Below, piece after piece: positions 16,458-24,983 of a DNA stretch of 42,432 bases. The stretch lies in the IMG/VR virus record IMGVR_UViG_3300037743_000150, positions 1-42,432 of that record; one strand, given 5' to 3'. Below the pieces are notes generated by a model. The model ran no database searches. It was not told the DNA's origin and saw only the letters and a program-made list of their open reading frames with translations. Every line of letters begins with the position of its first letter. The first letter of the stretch is position 1. Position numbers and translations under genes: made by a program. This DNA comes from a virus. Lineage: Duplodnaviria; Caudoviricetes.

Positions 16458-18925
16458 CCATCGTCGACACCCACGTCTCTGGTGGCCTCGAGGTCGGCGG
16501 GGACGCGCCGCTGGCTGTCACGCACGGCTCCGGCCCGCAGCTGTCCGAGATCGTCCTGGAGATGGACCTCGACAACGACGGCGACTTCTCCGAGCCGGAG
16601 GAGAACCTGACCGGGTTCCTGCTCACCGGCGAATCACTGTCGGGCCGCGACCGGCCCTCCCCCGTAGCGGGAGTCGCGGTGCCCGGCACGCTCCGGGTGC
16701 AACTCAACAACGACGGCGACCAGTTCTCCCGCTACAACACGGCGTCACCGTTCAATGCCGCACCGTTCTCGCTGCAGCCGGGTCGCAGGATCCGGGTCCG
16801 GACCGCCGAGTCGGTGCCCGACGACCCGGTGCTGTTGGCCCGGGACCGGTTCAATCGCCCCGATGGCCCGCTCGGCACGACCGAGACCGGACAGGTCTGG
16901 ACCAACCAGCAGGGCAGTTTCACGGTCGTCGGGCAGGTCGCCTCGGCGGCCGCGGACTTCTCGTCCGACATTGTCTCCACCGTCGACGTCGGTGTCGATG
17001 ACTATTACGTGCAGGCCACCCTGCGGCAGATCCCAGCGGCGGACTTCTTTCGCGACGTCGGCATCGTGGTCCGCTGGACCGACATCGACAACTTCACGTT
17101 CGTTCACTACAGCGTCTTGGACCGCCTGGTCCGCATCCGCAGCTGGACCGGCGGTGGCCTGTCCGAGCTGGCGACGTATCCGCTTGATGCGTGGGAGGGG
17201 ATGACGATCGGCGCCGGGGTGGAGGGCGACACGGTCACGGCCTACGTCGGCGGCGCCCCTGTCGCCGTCGGTGAGGTGGACAACCCGCCGACCAGCGAGG
17301 TCGGCCTGTACGGCTTCTACGTCGAGCACACCGGCCGGTCACCGGAGATCGGCGACTTCCACGTGTGGGACCACATCGCGGGCGAGTGGGAGGGCTGCCT
17401 GTGGACCGGGAAGGTGATCGACATCCAATCCGACGCCCCGGTGGACGGAGCGAAGGTCGCGACGATCGTCGGTGAGGGAGGCCTGACCGACGCAGCCAAG
17501 GCCGGGGTAGCGTCCCCCCGGCTCGCGGTCGGCGGCGCCCCATCCGGGCTTGTTGTCGGTGACGTCCTCAACCGTGCCGGACTCCTGAACCCACCCGGGC
17601 GCATCGACCAGGGCACGATCACCACCGGCCCGGTCGGGATCGCGGACGGCAAGGCCCTCGACCTGGCACGTCTCGCCGAGGAAACCGAGCGCGGGTTCCT
17701 GTACGAGACCAACGAGGGCCCGCTCGCTTTCGCCGATGCGGCAGCCCGCGCAACGGCCAGCCCGGCAGCCTGGTTCTCCGACGGGCCCGGCCAGTTCAGC
17801 TACCACAAGATCGCCCCGCTCGATGAGCGGTCCAATGTCGTCAACCAGGTGACGGCCGGTGTCGCCGCGGACGCCCCGTCCGGGATCACCATCACCACAG
17901 TCATCGGGTCCGGCAACGTCGACATCACGATGCCGACCGTCAACGACGGCGACCTGCTCGTCGTCTTCATCGCCTCGTCTACGAACGCCTCGGGGGAGCG
18001 TTGGCTTACCCCGCTGTGGTGGAGCTCGCACCGCGACGCCGGCACCGCCACCGGAATGCGGATCTACTCCCATTGGTGCGACGGCACCGAGGGCGGGTCG
18101 ACCGTGATCTTCTATGCCAACGCCGGGGCTGCGGCGGGCCTGTTCATCGCCGCGATCGTCCGTATCGAGAACTGGTACCAGTCACCCAAGGGTGTCGCCG
18201 CGGGCGAGCCGGTCTCCGGGTTCAATCCTGGCGCGCTGGTCCATGGCTGGGGTCGGGCCCCGACCCTGTTCCTGATCGTCGGGACCGCAATCGGTAGCGC
18301 GTCGACCATCGACTACTCGCCCGACTTCGACCCGCCCGACGGCTACGGGTTCGCCGATGGGAACATCGTCAGCTCCGGGACCCCGGCCACCGAAGCCGGG
18401 ATCGTCTTCGCCTACAAGATCGACTGCACCGAGGCTGAGGATCCAACGGTCTTTCAGGGCCTCACGAAGGGTCTCATCAACGAGTCCGTCGTGTTCGCGG
18501 TGCGGGGCTACAACGGCCCGCACACCAAGGCGACGCTGCAGGACCCGAACACGACCGGCGGCGACGGCCGGTTCGTGACCGTTGCCGATGTGGCGTCCCA
18601 GGACGACCACGACGCCATCCTTCCGCATCGCAGCCCGTCCATCCTCCACGCCACTGAGGCGGGCGCCGAAGCGTACGGGGAAGCGATCCTCGCCGCCTCA
18701 GGCGACCAGCGGCCGCCTGTGTCGATCTCGTTCTACGCCAGCAAATCGGCCGCATACCGGCGCCAAGCGATCCGCCGCCGGGTCGGTCACATGATCCACC
18801 TGACCGCCACCGGCGCCAGCACCGGGCTCGGCATCGACGACGACGAGTTCATCGAGCAGATCGGCCACCGCTGGTCTGAAGGTGGGTGCCTTTGGGAGAC
18901 CACCTTCGTGCTCAGCCCCGCCTGA
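16454..18925 (+). CDS. large minor tail (hub/Tal-like) protein with inserted beta-sandwich domains
   Basis: GRD, L.V.LNN.G..FS, PGRRIRV, LWTG.V, TE.G.LY, NQVT, F.IEQIGH, W.TTF.LSPA hub-like motifs. Confidence 0.78.
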   Translation: MTIVDTHVSGGLEVGGDAPLAVTHGSGPQLSEIVLEMDLDNDGDFSEPEENLTGFLLTGESLSGRDRPSPVAGVAVPGTLRVQLNNDGDQFSRYNTASPFNAAPFSLQPGRRIRVRTAESVPDDPVLLARDRFNRPDGPLGTTETGQVWTNQQGSFTVVGQVASAAADFSSDIVSTVDVGVDDYYVQATLRQIPAADFFRDVGIVVRWTDIDNFTFVHYSVLDRLVRIRSWTGGGLSELATYPLDAWEGMTIGAGVEGDTVTAYVGGAPVAVGEVDNPPTSEVGLYGFYVEHTGRSPEIGDFHVWDHIAGEWEGCLWTGKVIDIQSDAPVDGAKVATIVGEGGLTDAAKAGVASPRLAVGGAPSGLVVGDVLNRAGLLNPPGRIDQGTITTGPVGIADGKALDLARLAEETERGFLYETNEGPLAFADAAARATASPAAWFSDGPGQFSYHKIAPLDERSNVVNQVTAGVAADAPSGITITTVIGSGNVDITMPTVNDGDLLVVFIASSTNASGERWLTPLWWSSHRDAGTATGMRIYSHWCDGTEGGSTVIFYANAGAAAGLFIAAIVRIENWYQSPKGVAAGEPVSGFNPGALVHGWGRAPTLFLIVGTAIGSASTIDYSPDFDPPDGYGFADGNIVSSGTPATEAGIVFAYKIDCTEAEDPTVFQGLTKGLINESVVFAVRGYNGPHTKATLQDPNTTGGDGRFVTVADVASQDDHDAILPHRSPSILHATEAGAEAYGEAILAASGDQRPPVSISFYASKSAAYRRQAIRRRVGHMIHLTATGASTGLGIDDDEFIEQIGHRWSEGGCLWETTFVLSPA

Positions 18926-18965
18926 CCAACGAATCACCCCACCCCCTTTCAGTGAGGAGGCAGCG

Positions 18966-19406
18966 ATGGCTGTCGTGACCTACAACCGTGGCGCGGACCG
19001 GATCATGGAGTGCGCCCTCTCATCGACGGCGCTCGATCTGCGTTGTGCTCTCGTGATCGACGCCGCGTCGGCGATCGCATCGATCATCGACCAGGACCTG
19101 GACACGGTCGCCGATGTCGACGCGATCACGGACCTGTCGTTGCACGCGGAGCGGATCGCGGCGACGTCCGAGACCAGCACGCAGGACGACACGAACAACC
19201 GGGCCAACGTCGATATCGCCGATGTCGTGTTCGCCGCGGCGGCCGGCGTCGACGTGCACGGTGCGGTCGTCTACGACGAAGGCGCCGGCGCCGACGCGAC
19301 CCGGCACCTGGTGTGGGGCATGAGCTTCGCTGCCGCTCAGCCGCTCGATGGTGGGTTCACCCTGGCGGTCGCCGACCTCGTGCGGGTCGCCACCGCAACG
19401 GCTTAG
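18966..19406 (+). CDS. minor tail / fibre-associated structural protein
   Basis: GAGGAGG RBS; T.DD.NNRA..D.ADV.F motif; tail module position. Confidence 0.65.
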   Translation: MAVVTYNRGADRIMECALSSTALDLRCALVIDAASAIASIIDQDLDTVADVDAITDLSLHAERIAATSETSTQDDTNNRANVDIADVVFAAAAGVDVHGAVVYDEGAGADATRHLVWGMSFAAAQPLDGGFTLAVADLVRVATATA

Positions 19407-19409
19407 CCC

Positions 19410-20831
19410 GTGACGTTCCCGGCCTTCTCCGTCGGGACCCCGCACTCGTCGGGCACCGGCAGCACGTCGCGCAACGTCGCGTTCGGGGCCACGTTGGCGG
19501 CGGGCGACGGCATGATCCTGCTCGTCGAGTACCGCGACGGGACGGTCACCACCCCGTCGTCGCCGTGGGTGCTGCCGACTGGTGGGTCGGCGGCGCAAAG
19601 CAACTTCACCTTCCGGGCGTTCGTGCTCGTCGCTTCGGGCGGCGAGACGTCGGTGACGTTGACGACGCAGAGCGCCGTCGTGATGATCGCCTACCCGATC
19701 CGGGTGCCAGCGGCATCGTGGGATTCCTCTCAGGCGGTCGAGGTGACGGCGGCTACGGGGACCAACGACCCGGCCAGCGAGACGGCGTCGTGGGGCGCCG
19801 GTGCGGACAACGGCTGGATCGCGACCGTCTTCTCCAACAGCGGCACCACCTACACCGGGTTCCCGACCGGGTTCGCCAACGACCAGCTAGCCGTCAACAG
19901 CGCTTTCGACTCGTTGAACACGGCGATGGCGACGAAGGACGACGCGGTAGCGACACTGGATCCTGCGGCATTCACCCCCGGCGGCGGGTCACGGTCCATC
20001 ACCGCGACCATCGTCGTGCGTGGTTCGGCGGTGGCACCCGCCGAGGAAGATGCCACACCGGGGGCACTGACCCTCAGCCCCGTGGCGGCCACGGGGACGC
20101 CCGGTCCCATGACGGTGAACGCCACACCCGGGACGGCGACCCTCAGTCCTGTAGCGGCGACAGCTACCCCCGGCGCCACAACTGTCAATGCCACAGTCGG
20201 AAGCATCAGTCTCACCGCGGTCGCAGCGACAGCGACCCCTGGGGTCGTCAGCGTCGATGCGACGACAGGCGCCCTCAACCTCGCCCCGGTGGCAGCCACA
20301 GCGACACCAGGACCGATCGCTGTGGCTGCCACCCCCGGTGGCCTGAACGTCGCACCGGTCGCAGCGACAGCCACCCTCGGCCCCGTCTCCATCGACGCGA
20401 CACCCGGGACCCTGACCCTGAGCGCCGTTGAAGCCACCCCCACGCCGGGCAGCCCAGGCACGGTCGACGCGACACCCGGGGCACTGACCATCAGCCCGGT
20501 CGTGGTCGTCCCGACGCCGGGTCCGGTCACCCTCAACGCCACGCCGGGCACGACCACCCTCACCCCGGTAGGGGCGACGCCTACGCCGGGCCCGATGACC
20601 GTGGCTGCCGCCCCGGGGACTCTGAGCCTGCAGCCGGTCGATGTCGTCCCTCAGTCGGCCGGCGACATCATCAACGCCATCCCGGGGGCGCTCACCCTGG
20701 TCGCCGTGCCGTCAACCCCGAGCTTGGGGCCCGTCACCCTGGCAGCGACACCGGGGCTGCTCACGCTGGCACCCGCTGGCACGCCCGAGCTTTCGATCAG
20801 CCGGCGACCCCGCCGCCTCATCTTGACCTGA
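19410..20831 (+). CDS. fibre-like protein: N-terminal beta domain plus Thr/Pro/Ala/Gly 23-aa repeat stalk
   Basis: About 11 repeats of xATPGxLTLxPVxATxTPGPxTV. Confidence 0.7.
   Translation: MTFPAFSVGTPHSSGTGSTSRNVAFGATLAAGDGMILLVEYRDGTVTTPSSPWVLPTGGSAAQSNFTFRAFVLVASGGETSVTLTTQSAVVMIAYPIRVPAASWDSSQAVEVTAATGTNDPASETASWGAGADNGWIATVFSNSGTTYTGFPTGFANDQLAVNSAFDSLNTAMATKDDAVATLDPAAFTPGGGSRSITATIVVRGSAVAPAEEDATPGALTLSPVAATGTPGPMTVNATPGTATLSPVAATATPGATTVNATVGSISLTAVAATATPGVVSVDATTGALNLAPVAATATPGPIAVAATPGGLNVAPVAATATLGPVSIDATPGTLTLSAVEATPTPGSPGTVDATPGALTISPVVVVPTPGPVTLNATPGTTTLTPVGATPTPGPMTVAAAPGTLSLQPVDVVPQSAGDIINAIPGALTLVAVPSTPSLGPVTLAATPGLLTLAPAGTPELSISRRPRRLILT
20049..20790 (+). repeat. degenerate 69-bp (23-aa) coding tandem repeat, ~11 copies
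   Basis: DATPGALTLSPVAATGTPGPMTV / NATPGTATLSPVAATATPGATTV / etc.; one 24-aa unit. Confidence 0.9.
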
Positions 20832-20842
20832 GGAGACCAGCC

Positions 20843-22642
20843 TTGCCCCTGATCGACGCGCGCCCACCCTCAGCCGACCTGATCTTCCGGCCCGGCACCA
20901 CCTTCGTCCTCCAACTCACCTGGCCCACCGGGGCACTAGCTGGGCGCACCTTCACATCCACCCTCGGCGACCTGCCGCTCGACATCCAGACCGCCGACGA
21001 CGCCCTGACAATCACCGTCACCGACGAACAGTCAGCCACCCTCACGACCCCGGCCCCCTGGTCGCTGTCGGAGCTCGTCGTCGACGACCAGGAGCCGATC
21101 ATCACCGGCATCTGGACGCCTTCCGACGATCCCGGTATGCCCGGCTCGTTCTCGGCGACAGTCGTCGAAGGCGACCTCATCGTCACCATCGAACTCGTCG
21201 GCTCCGCGGACCAGGTCGCCGCGTTGGCCGCCCGGGTCACCACCACCGAGTCCGACATCGGCGACATCGAGGCCGCCGACACAGCGCACCTCGCTGACGA
21301 CACCGCACATGGCAACCCCCTCGGTGCCCTCGCCACCCACGAAGCGGACACTGCAGCCCACGGCGACCCCCTCGGGGCCCTGACAACTCACGCCGCTGAC
21401 GACACCGCGCACGGCGATCCGCTCGCGGCTGTGGCAGCGCAGACGACGCGGGCGGCGTTGGAGTCCCGCGGCGCCCAGATCGACCAGACCGCGGCCATCG
21501 CGGTACGGACCCGTTTCCTGGACTTCTACCGTGACGCCGGCTCGGGGGCCCCGACGGCCACGTGGAACAACCTGGGTGGCGACGTCACCGACGCCAAGCA
21601 CATCGCGTCCTCCGATGACGTGATCTGGGTCGGTGCCGACTGGTTCGACGCAGGAGTCGGCGCGGTCGTCAACGACCTGTTCACGACGACGCCGCTACCT
21701 CAGCGCAGCGGCGCCATCATCGCGCCCACACCCGGTACGTTCGCTGGGGCGACCCAGCTTTACGCGTCGGGTGCCTCCGGGGTCTGGCTCGACGCGGTAG
21801 TGCAGGCCGGTCTCCCAGCGGGAACGATCCTGTGGCCGATCGCGGTGATCGATGATGCCAACACCATCCGTGTCGCGTGCTGGCACGTCGAATCCCCCGG
21901 CGCGAATGGGGAGCCTCACGGCAGGCTGATCGACAGCATCATCGTCACCCTTCACGTGTTCCTCGGTTACACGTCCCACGTCGCCTGCGGGTTCGGTGCG
22001 CTGTCCGATGACTTCTGGGTTTGCGGCATGTGGCGTGACAGCGACGGGTTCACCTACATCAACGGCATGCAGTTCGTGCCGTCGTTCGATGCCCGCACCA
22101 CCGGCAACCCGACCGCGCCGAACTATGTGCTCGACGACCCGGACAACCACTACAGCCTCACGCGTATCGCACGTGTCGCCAACGGCTCGCTCAACACCGT
22201 CGCGTCTTGGACGTTCTGGGACGGGTCGTCCTGGGTGGCCGGCGTCGCCAACGCGGTGCCGATCGAAGACATCGACGGCAACCCGATCCGCGGTGACATG
22301 GGCATCAGGAAGGTCACGACCGACCGCTACTCGGCTGTCGCTCACAAGCTGACCGACGGCCACCTCGACACGTACGCAGCGACCGCACCCGAGGGCCCCT
22401 ACTGGCCGACCGCTCGTGTGCCGCTCCCCGAGATGGGCCGCGACATCCCCGGTGGGAGGACAGTCGGGCAGTTGTGCAAGATCCTGCCACCCCAGGTTGC
22501 GACCCCGCCGCGGCGGTGCTCGATCGCGATGGTCAGCCAGAACCTGATCGATCCTGCGGTCGGCTACTCCGTCACCCCGCCATGGACCGAGGTGTCGATC
22601 GACACCTTCGCTCCCGTGTTCGTGGCCTTCCCGGACTACTGA
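20843..22642 (+). CDS. receptor-binding protein / depolymerase with DUF4185/DUF5005-like beta-propeller
   Basis: GGD.T...W..AD, LWP, DGFTYING, IARV...L....W.FWDG..W, A.APEGPY motifs. Confidence 0.68.
   Translation: MPLIDARPPSADLIFRPGTTFVLQLTWPTGALAGRTFTSTLGDLPLDIQTADDALTITVTDEQSATLTTPAPWSLSELVVDDQEPIITGIWTPSDDPGMPGSFSATVVEGDLIVTIELVGSADQVAALAARVTTTESDIGDIEAADTAHLADDTAHGNPLGALATHEADTAAHGDPLGALTTHAADDTAHGDPLAAVAAQTTRAALESRGAQIDQTAAIAVRTRFLDFYRDAGSGAPTATWNNLGGDVTDAKHIASSDDVIWVGADWFDAGVGAVVNDLFTTTPLPQRSGAIIAPTPGTFAGATQLYASGASGVWLDAVVQAGLPAGTILWPIAVIDDANTIRVACWHVESPGANGEPHGRLIDSIIVTLHVFLGYTSHVACGFGALSDDFWVCGMWRDSDGFTYINGMQFVPSFDARTTGNPTAPNYVLDDPDNHYSLTRIARVANGSLNTVASWTFWDGSSWVAGVANAVPIEDIDGNPIRGDMGIRKVTTDRYSAVAHKLTDGHLDTYAATAPEGPYWPTARVPLPEMGRDIPGGRTVGQLCKILPPQVATPPRRCSIAMVSQNLIDPAVGYSVTPPWTEVSIDTFAPVFVAFPDY
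21284..21432 (+). repeat. 51-bp (17-aa) His-x6-His repeat x3
   Basis: HLADDTAHGNPLGALAT / HEADTAAHGDPLGALTT / HAADDTAHGDPLAAV; His codons at 21287, 21338, 21389. Confidence 0.88.
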
Positions 22643-22659
22643 TCGAGGAGGAGGCCCTG

Positions 22660-23550
22660 ATGCGCATCGTTTCCCGTGAGGAGTGGGGTGCCCGCCCACC
22701 GTTGAGCACCCCAAGGCGGATGGCTGCGCTCCCTAGCGTCCTCGTGTACGTGCACCACACCGCAGGGAGCGAGCGTGGTGCTGCGGGGATGCGCCAGATC
22801 CAGGCGTACCACCAGCGCCCCAAAGCCCAGGGGGGCCGGGGCTGGTCCGACATCGCGTACAACTTCGTGATCGACGGCGACGACGGCGTCATCTACGAGG
22901 GCCGGGGCGCCGGCATCCGTGGCGGCCATGTACTCGGCGACGAGAACGAGCACCACGGCATCTGCCTGATGGGCAACTACGAGAACGAGACCCTCACCGT
23001 TGCGGCCGGCCGCTCCCTGGTCGAGCTGCTGCGCCACGGCCACGACCGGGGGTGGTGGCAGTTGAACGTGCGGGGGCACCGCCAGTCCCCGACCGCCTCG
23101 ACAGCGTGCCCCGGCGGCCATCTGTTCGCCGCGTTGCCGTCGATCCGTCTGGCCGCGATCAGCAACACCCCACCCCAACCCCAGGAGGATCTTGTGCTCG
23201 ACAACGAAGACAAGAAGTGGATCAACCAGCAGCTCGCCTCTGTCCTGTCGTGGCTGACGACCGGGCAAGGCAATGGGATCGTCACCACCGCAGCGGGCAG
23301 CCCGTGGCATTGGACCGACGACCCCGGCACCGTCACCCTCAACGAGGTGCTGGCCGCGGTGAAGGCGCAGCAGCCCGTCGATGTCGACGAGGCAGCGATC
23401 GTCGCGGGCCTGGCTCCGACGTTGACGTCCGCCCTGATCGCCGCGGTGCCCGGAATCGAGGATCTCGCCACCGCGGACGATCTCGAGGAGCGCCTGCGCG
23501 AGGTGCTGGTCGACACGTTCGGTGCTGCCGCCGCGGGCGCCGTCGACTGA
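22660..23550 (+). CDS. endolysin, N-acetylmuramoyl-L-alanine amidase (Amidase_2/PGRP-like)
   Basis: IVSREEWGA, VHHTAG, GWSDIAYNF, YEGRG, GHR, TACPG motifs; GAGGAGG RBS. Confidence 0.95.
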   Translation: MRIVSREEWGARPPLSTPRRMAALPSVLVYVHHTAGSERGAAGMRQIQAYHQRPKAQGGRGWSDIAYNFVIDGDDGVIYEGRGAGIRGGHVLGDENEHHGICLMGNYENETLTVAAGRSLVELLRHGHDRGWWQLNVRGHRQSPTASTACPGGHLFAALPSIRLAAISNTPPQPQEDLVLDNEDKKWINQQLASVLSWLTTGQGNGIVTTAAGSPWHWTDDPGTVTLNEVLAAVKAQQPVDVDEAAIVAGLAPTLTSALIAAVPGIEDLATADDLEERLREVLVDTFGAAAAGAVD

Positions 23551-23555
23551 CCGTC

Positions 23556-23924
23556 GTGGCGGAGGAGTCGGCGCGGGAGGCGTTCGACCGCGGGCACACC
23601 GCGGGGGAGATCGCGGAGCAGTTGCGCCGCCACGAAGACCACCTGGCGAAGATCAACGGCAGCACGGAGAAGACGGCGCAGGCGTTGGTGGCGTTGGGGG
23701 AGACCCAGCAGCAGATGGCGCTACAACTCCAGCGCCTGGCCGACCAGGCCGCGTCGGACGCCAGGACCCGGGTCGCGACCGCGACAGCGTTGAAGGACGC
23801 CGACGAGGCCCGCCGGAATCTGGATGATCAGCGGTGGTCGCCGTTCGCCCGGGTGTTCGCTGTGGTGGCGGGGTTGGCGGCGGCGACGAGCGTGGCCGCC
23901 TGGGTGTGGGCGCAGATCAACTAA
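23556..23924 (+). CDS. lysis-region coiled-coil protein with C-terminal TM helix
   Basis: HL..INGS motif, heptads, hydrophobic C-terminus. Confidence 0.7.
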   Translation: MAEESAREAFDRGHTAGEIAEQLRRHEDHLAKINGSTEKTAQALVALGETQQQMALQLQRLADQAASDARTRVATATALKDADEARRNLDDQRWSPFARVFAVVAGLAAATSVAAWVWAQIN

Positions 23925-24013
23925 CCCATCGATGAAGGAGTAGTCGTGGCTTGCTGTGCCCAGACCCCGCACCGCTGTCCCACACGAACCCGAGGAGAGG
24001 CTCCCGGTGTCCG

Positions 24014-24238
24014 GTGGACTGGGACCGGTTGACCGAGCGGTGGCCGCTCATCCGCGACGTCATGATCGTGTGCACCGCCCTCGGGCTGATCGTCTTCGAG
24101 GCGACGGTGTACGGGGGCCCGGTGCGCGAGAGCCTGCTGCTCCTCTACTCGGGGCTGCTGGCGGCCCCGGTCTTCCTGCGGGCCGACAACCGGCGCTCAA
24201 ACGACCGGCCGGAGGAGACCCGGGAGGTCGAACCATGA
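24014..24238 (+). CDS. two-TM membrane protein
   Basis: RD..IV..ALGLIVFE...R.SLLLLY.GLL..P; start uncertain. Confidence 0.65.
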   Translation: MDWDRLTERWPLIRDVMIVCTALGLIVFEATVYGGPVRESLLLLYSGLLAAPVFLRADNRRSNDRPEETREVEP

Positions 24239-24327
24239 TCGTGCGGGCGTTGCAACGTTGGCCGTGGACGATCACCTACCTCGCTGGCCTGGCGTGGCTG
24301 GTGTGGGCTGTGGAGCAGGTGCGGTGA
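24235..24327 (+). CDS. 30-aa single-TM peptide
   Basis: GGAGG RBS; ATGA and GTGA coupling; WPWTITYLAGLAWLVWAV. Confidence 0.55.
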   Translation: MIVRALQRWPWTITYLAGLAWLVWAVEQVR

Positions 24328-24641
24328 ACCGCCCGGCCGCGGCCCGTCTCGGCGCCTACGTGTTCGTCGTAGCGGCCGGGTCGAGCGGCATGTGGCGGGT
24401 GGAGACGACGGCCCGCCAGGCGCAGGACGCCGCAGTGGCTGCGCAGCAGGCGCTCGCCAAGGTCGAGGCGGAACAGGAGGCCCGGCAGGAGCAGGACTGC
24501 GTGATCGCGCTGGCGTTCCGGGTCGAGCAGGAACAGCTTCTGGTCGACATGGTGACGCAGCTCGGTGGCCGCCGGCAGGTGATCGACACCATCCACCAGG
24601 CCTACGACGCGCTCCCGGAGCCGGCGTCGTGCGAGCCGTGA
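24324..24641 (+). CDS. membrane-anchored coiled-coil lysis accessory protein
   Basis: N-terminal hydrophobic helix, Q/A heptads, two Cys. Confidence 0.6.
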   Translation: MNRPAAARLGAYVFVVAAGSSGMWRVETTARQAQDAAVAAQQALAKVEAEQEARQEQDCVIALAFRVEQEQLLVDMVTQLGGRRQVIDTIHQAYDALPEPASCEP

Positions 24642-24808
24642 CGTTGCATCGAGGCGGCATCATCCGCCGTCCCGCGCAGCCGCTGCTGCTCGACGGCTGC
24701 GTGTGGCCGCTGGCCAGCGGGGCGCACATCGAGATCCACGTCTCCGAGTTCCCATCGGAGACCGAGCTAGTCGAGCGCATCCGCAAGGCACTGCGCTCGC
24801 CCAGATAG
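24638..24808 (+). CDS. small protein resembling tape-measure C-terminal motif
   Basis: LHRGGIIRRP...CVWPL...SETELVERIRKALR; GTGA overlap. Confidence 0.5.
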   Translation: MTLHRGGIIRRPAQPLLLDGCVWPLASGAHIEIHVSEFPSETELVERIRKALRSPR

Positions 24809-24820
24809 AAGGAGGCCCGT

Positions 24821-24982
24821 ATGAACGCAGCGAAAGCTGTTGTTGCCGCTCTAGCAGCGGTCGTCGCGGTGCTCGTCACCGTGCTGTCCGACGACGCGAT
24901 CAGCGCTGATGAGATCGGCCAGATCGTGGCCGTGATCGCCGGTGTGCTCGGCGTCTACTGGGTGCCCAACACGCCGACGTAG
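24821..24982 (+). CDS. holin (53 aa, not in ORF track)
   Basis: AAGGAGG RBS; MNAAKAVVAALAAVVAVLVTVLSDDAISADE...GVLGVYWVPN; two TM segments. Confidence 0.82.
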   Translation: MNAAKAVVAALAAVVAVLVTVLSDDAISADEIGQIVAVIAGVLGVYWVPNTPT

Positions 24983-24983
24983 G

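Noticed and set aside
19410-22642. Diversity-generating retroelement target in tail genes
   Set aside because: No reverse transcriptase and no adenine-specific TR/VR pair seen; the repeats are in-frame structural repeats
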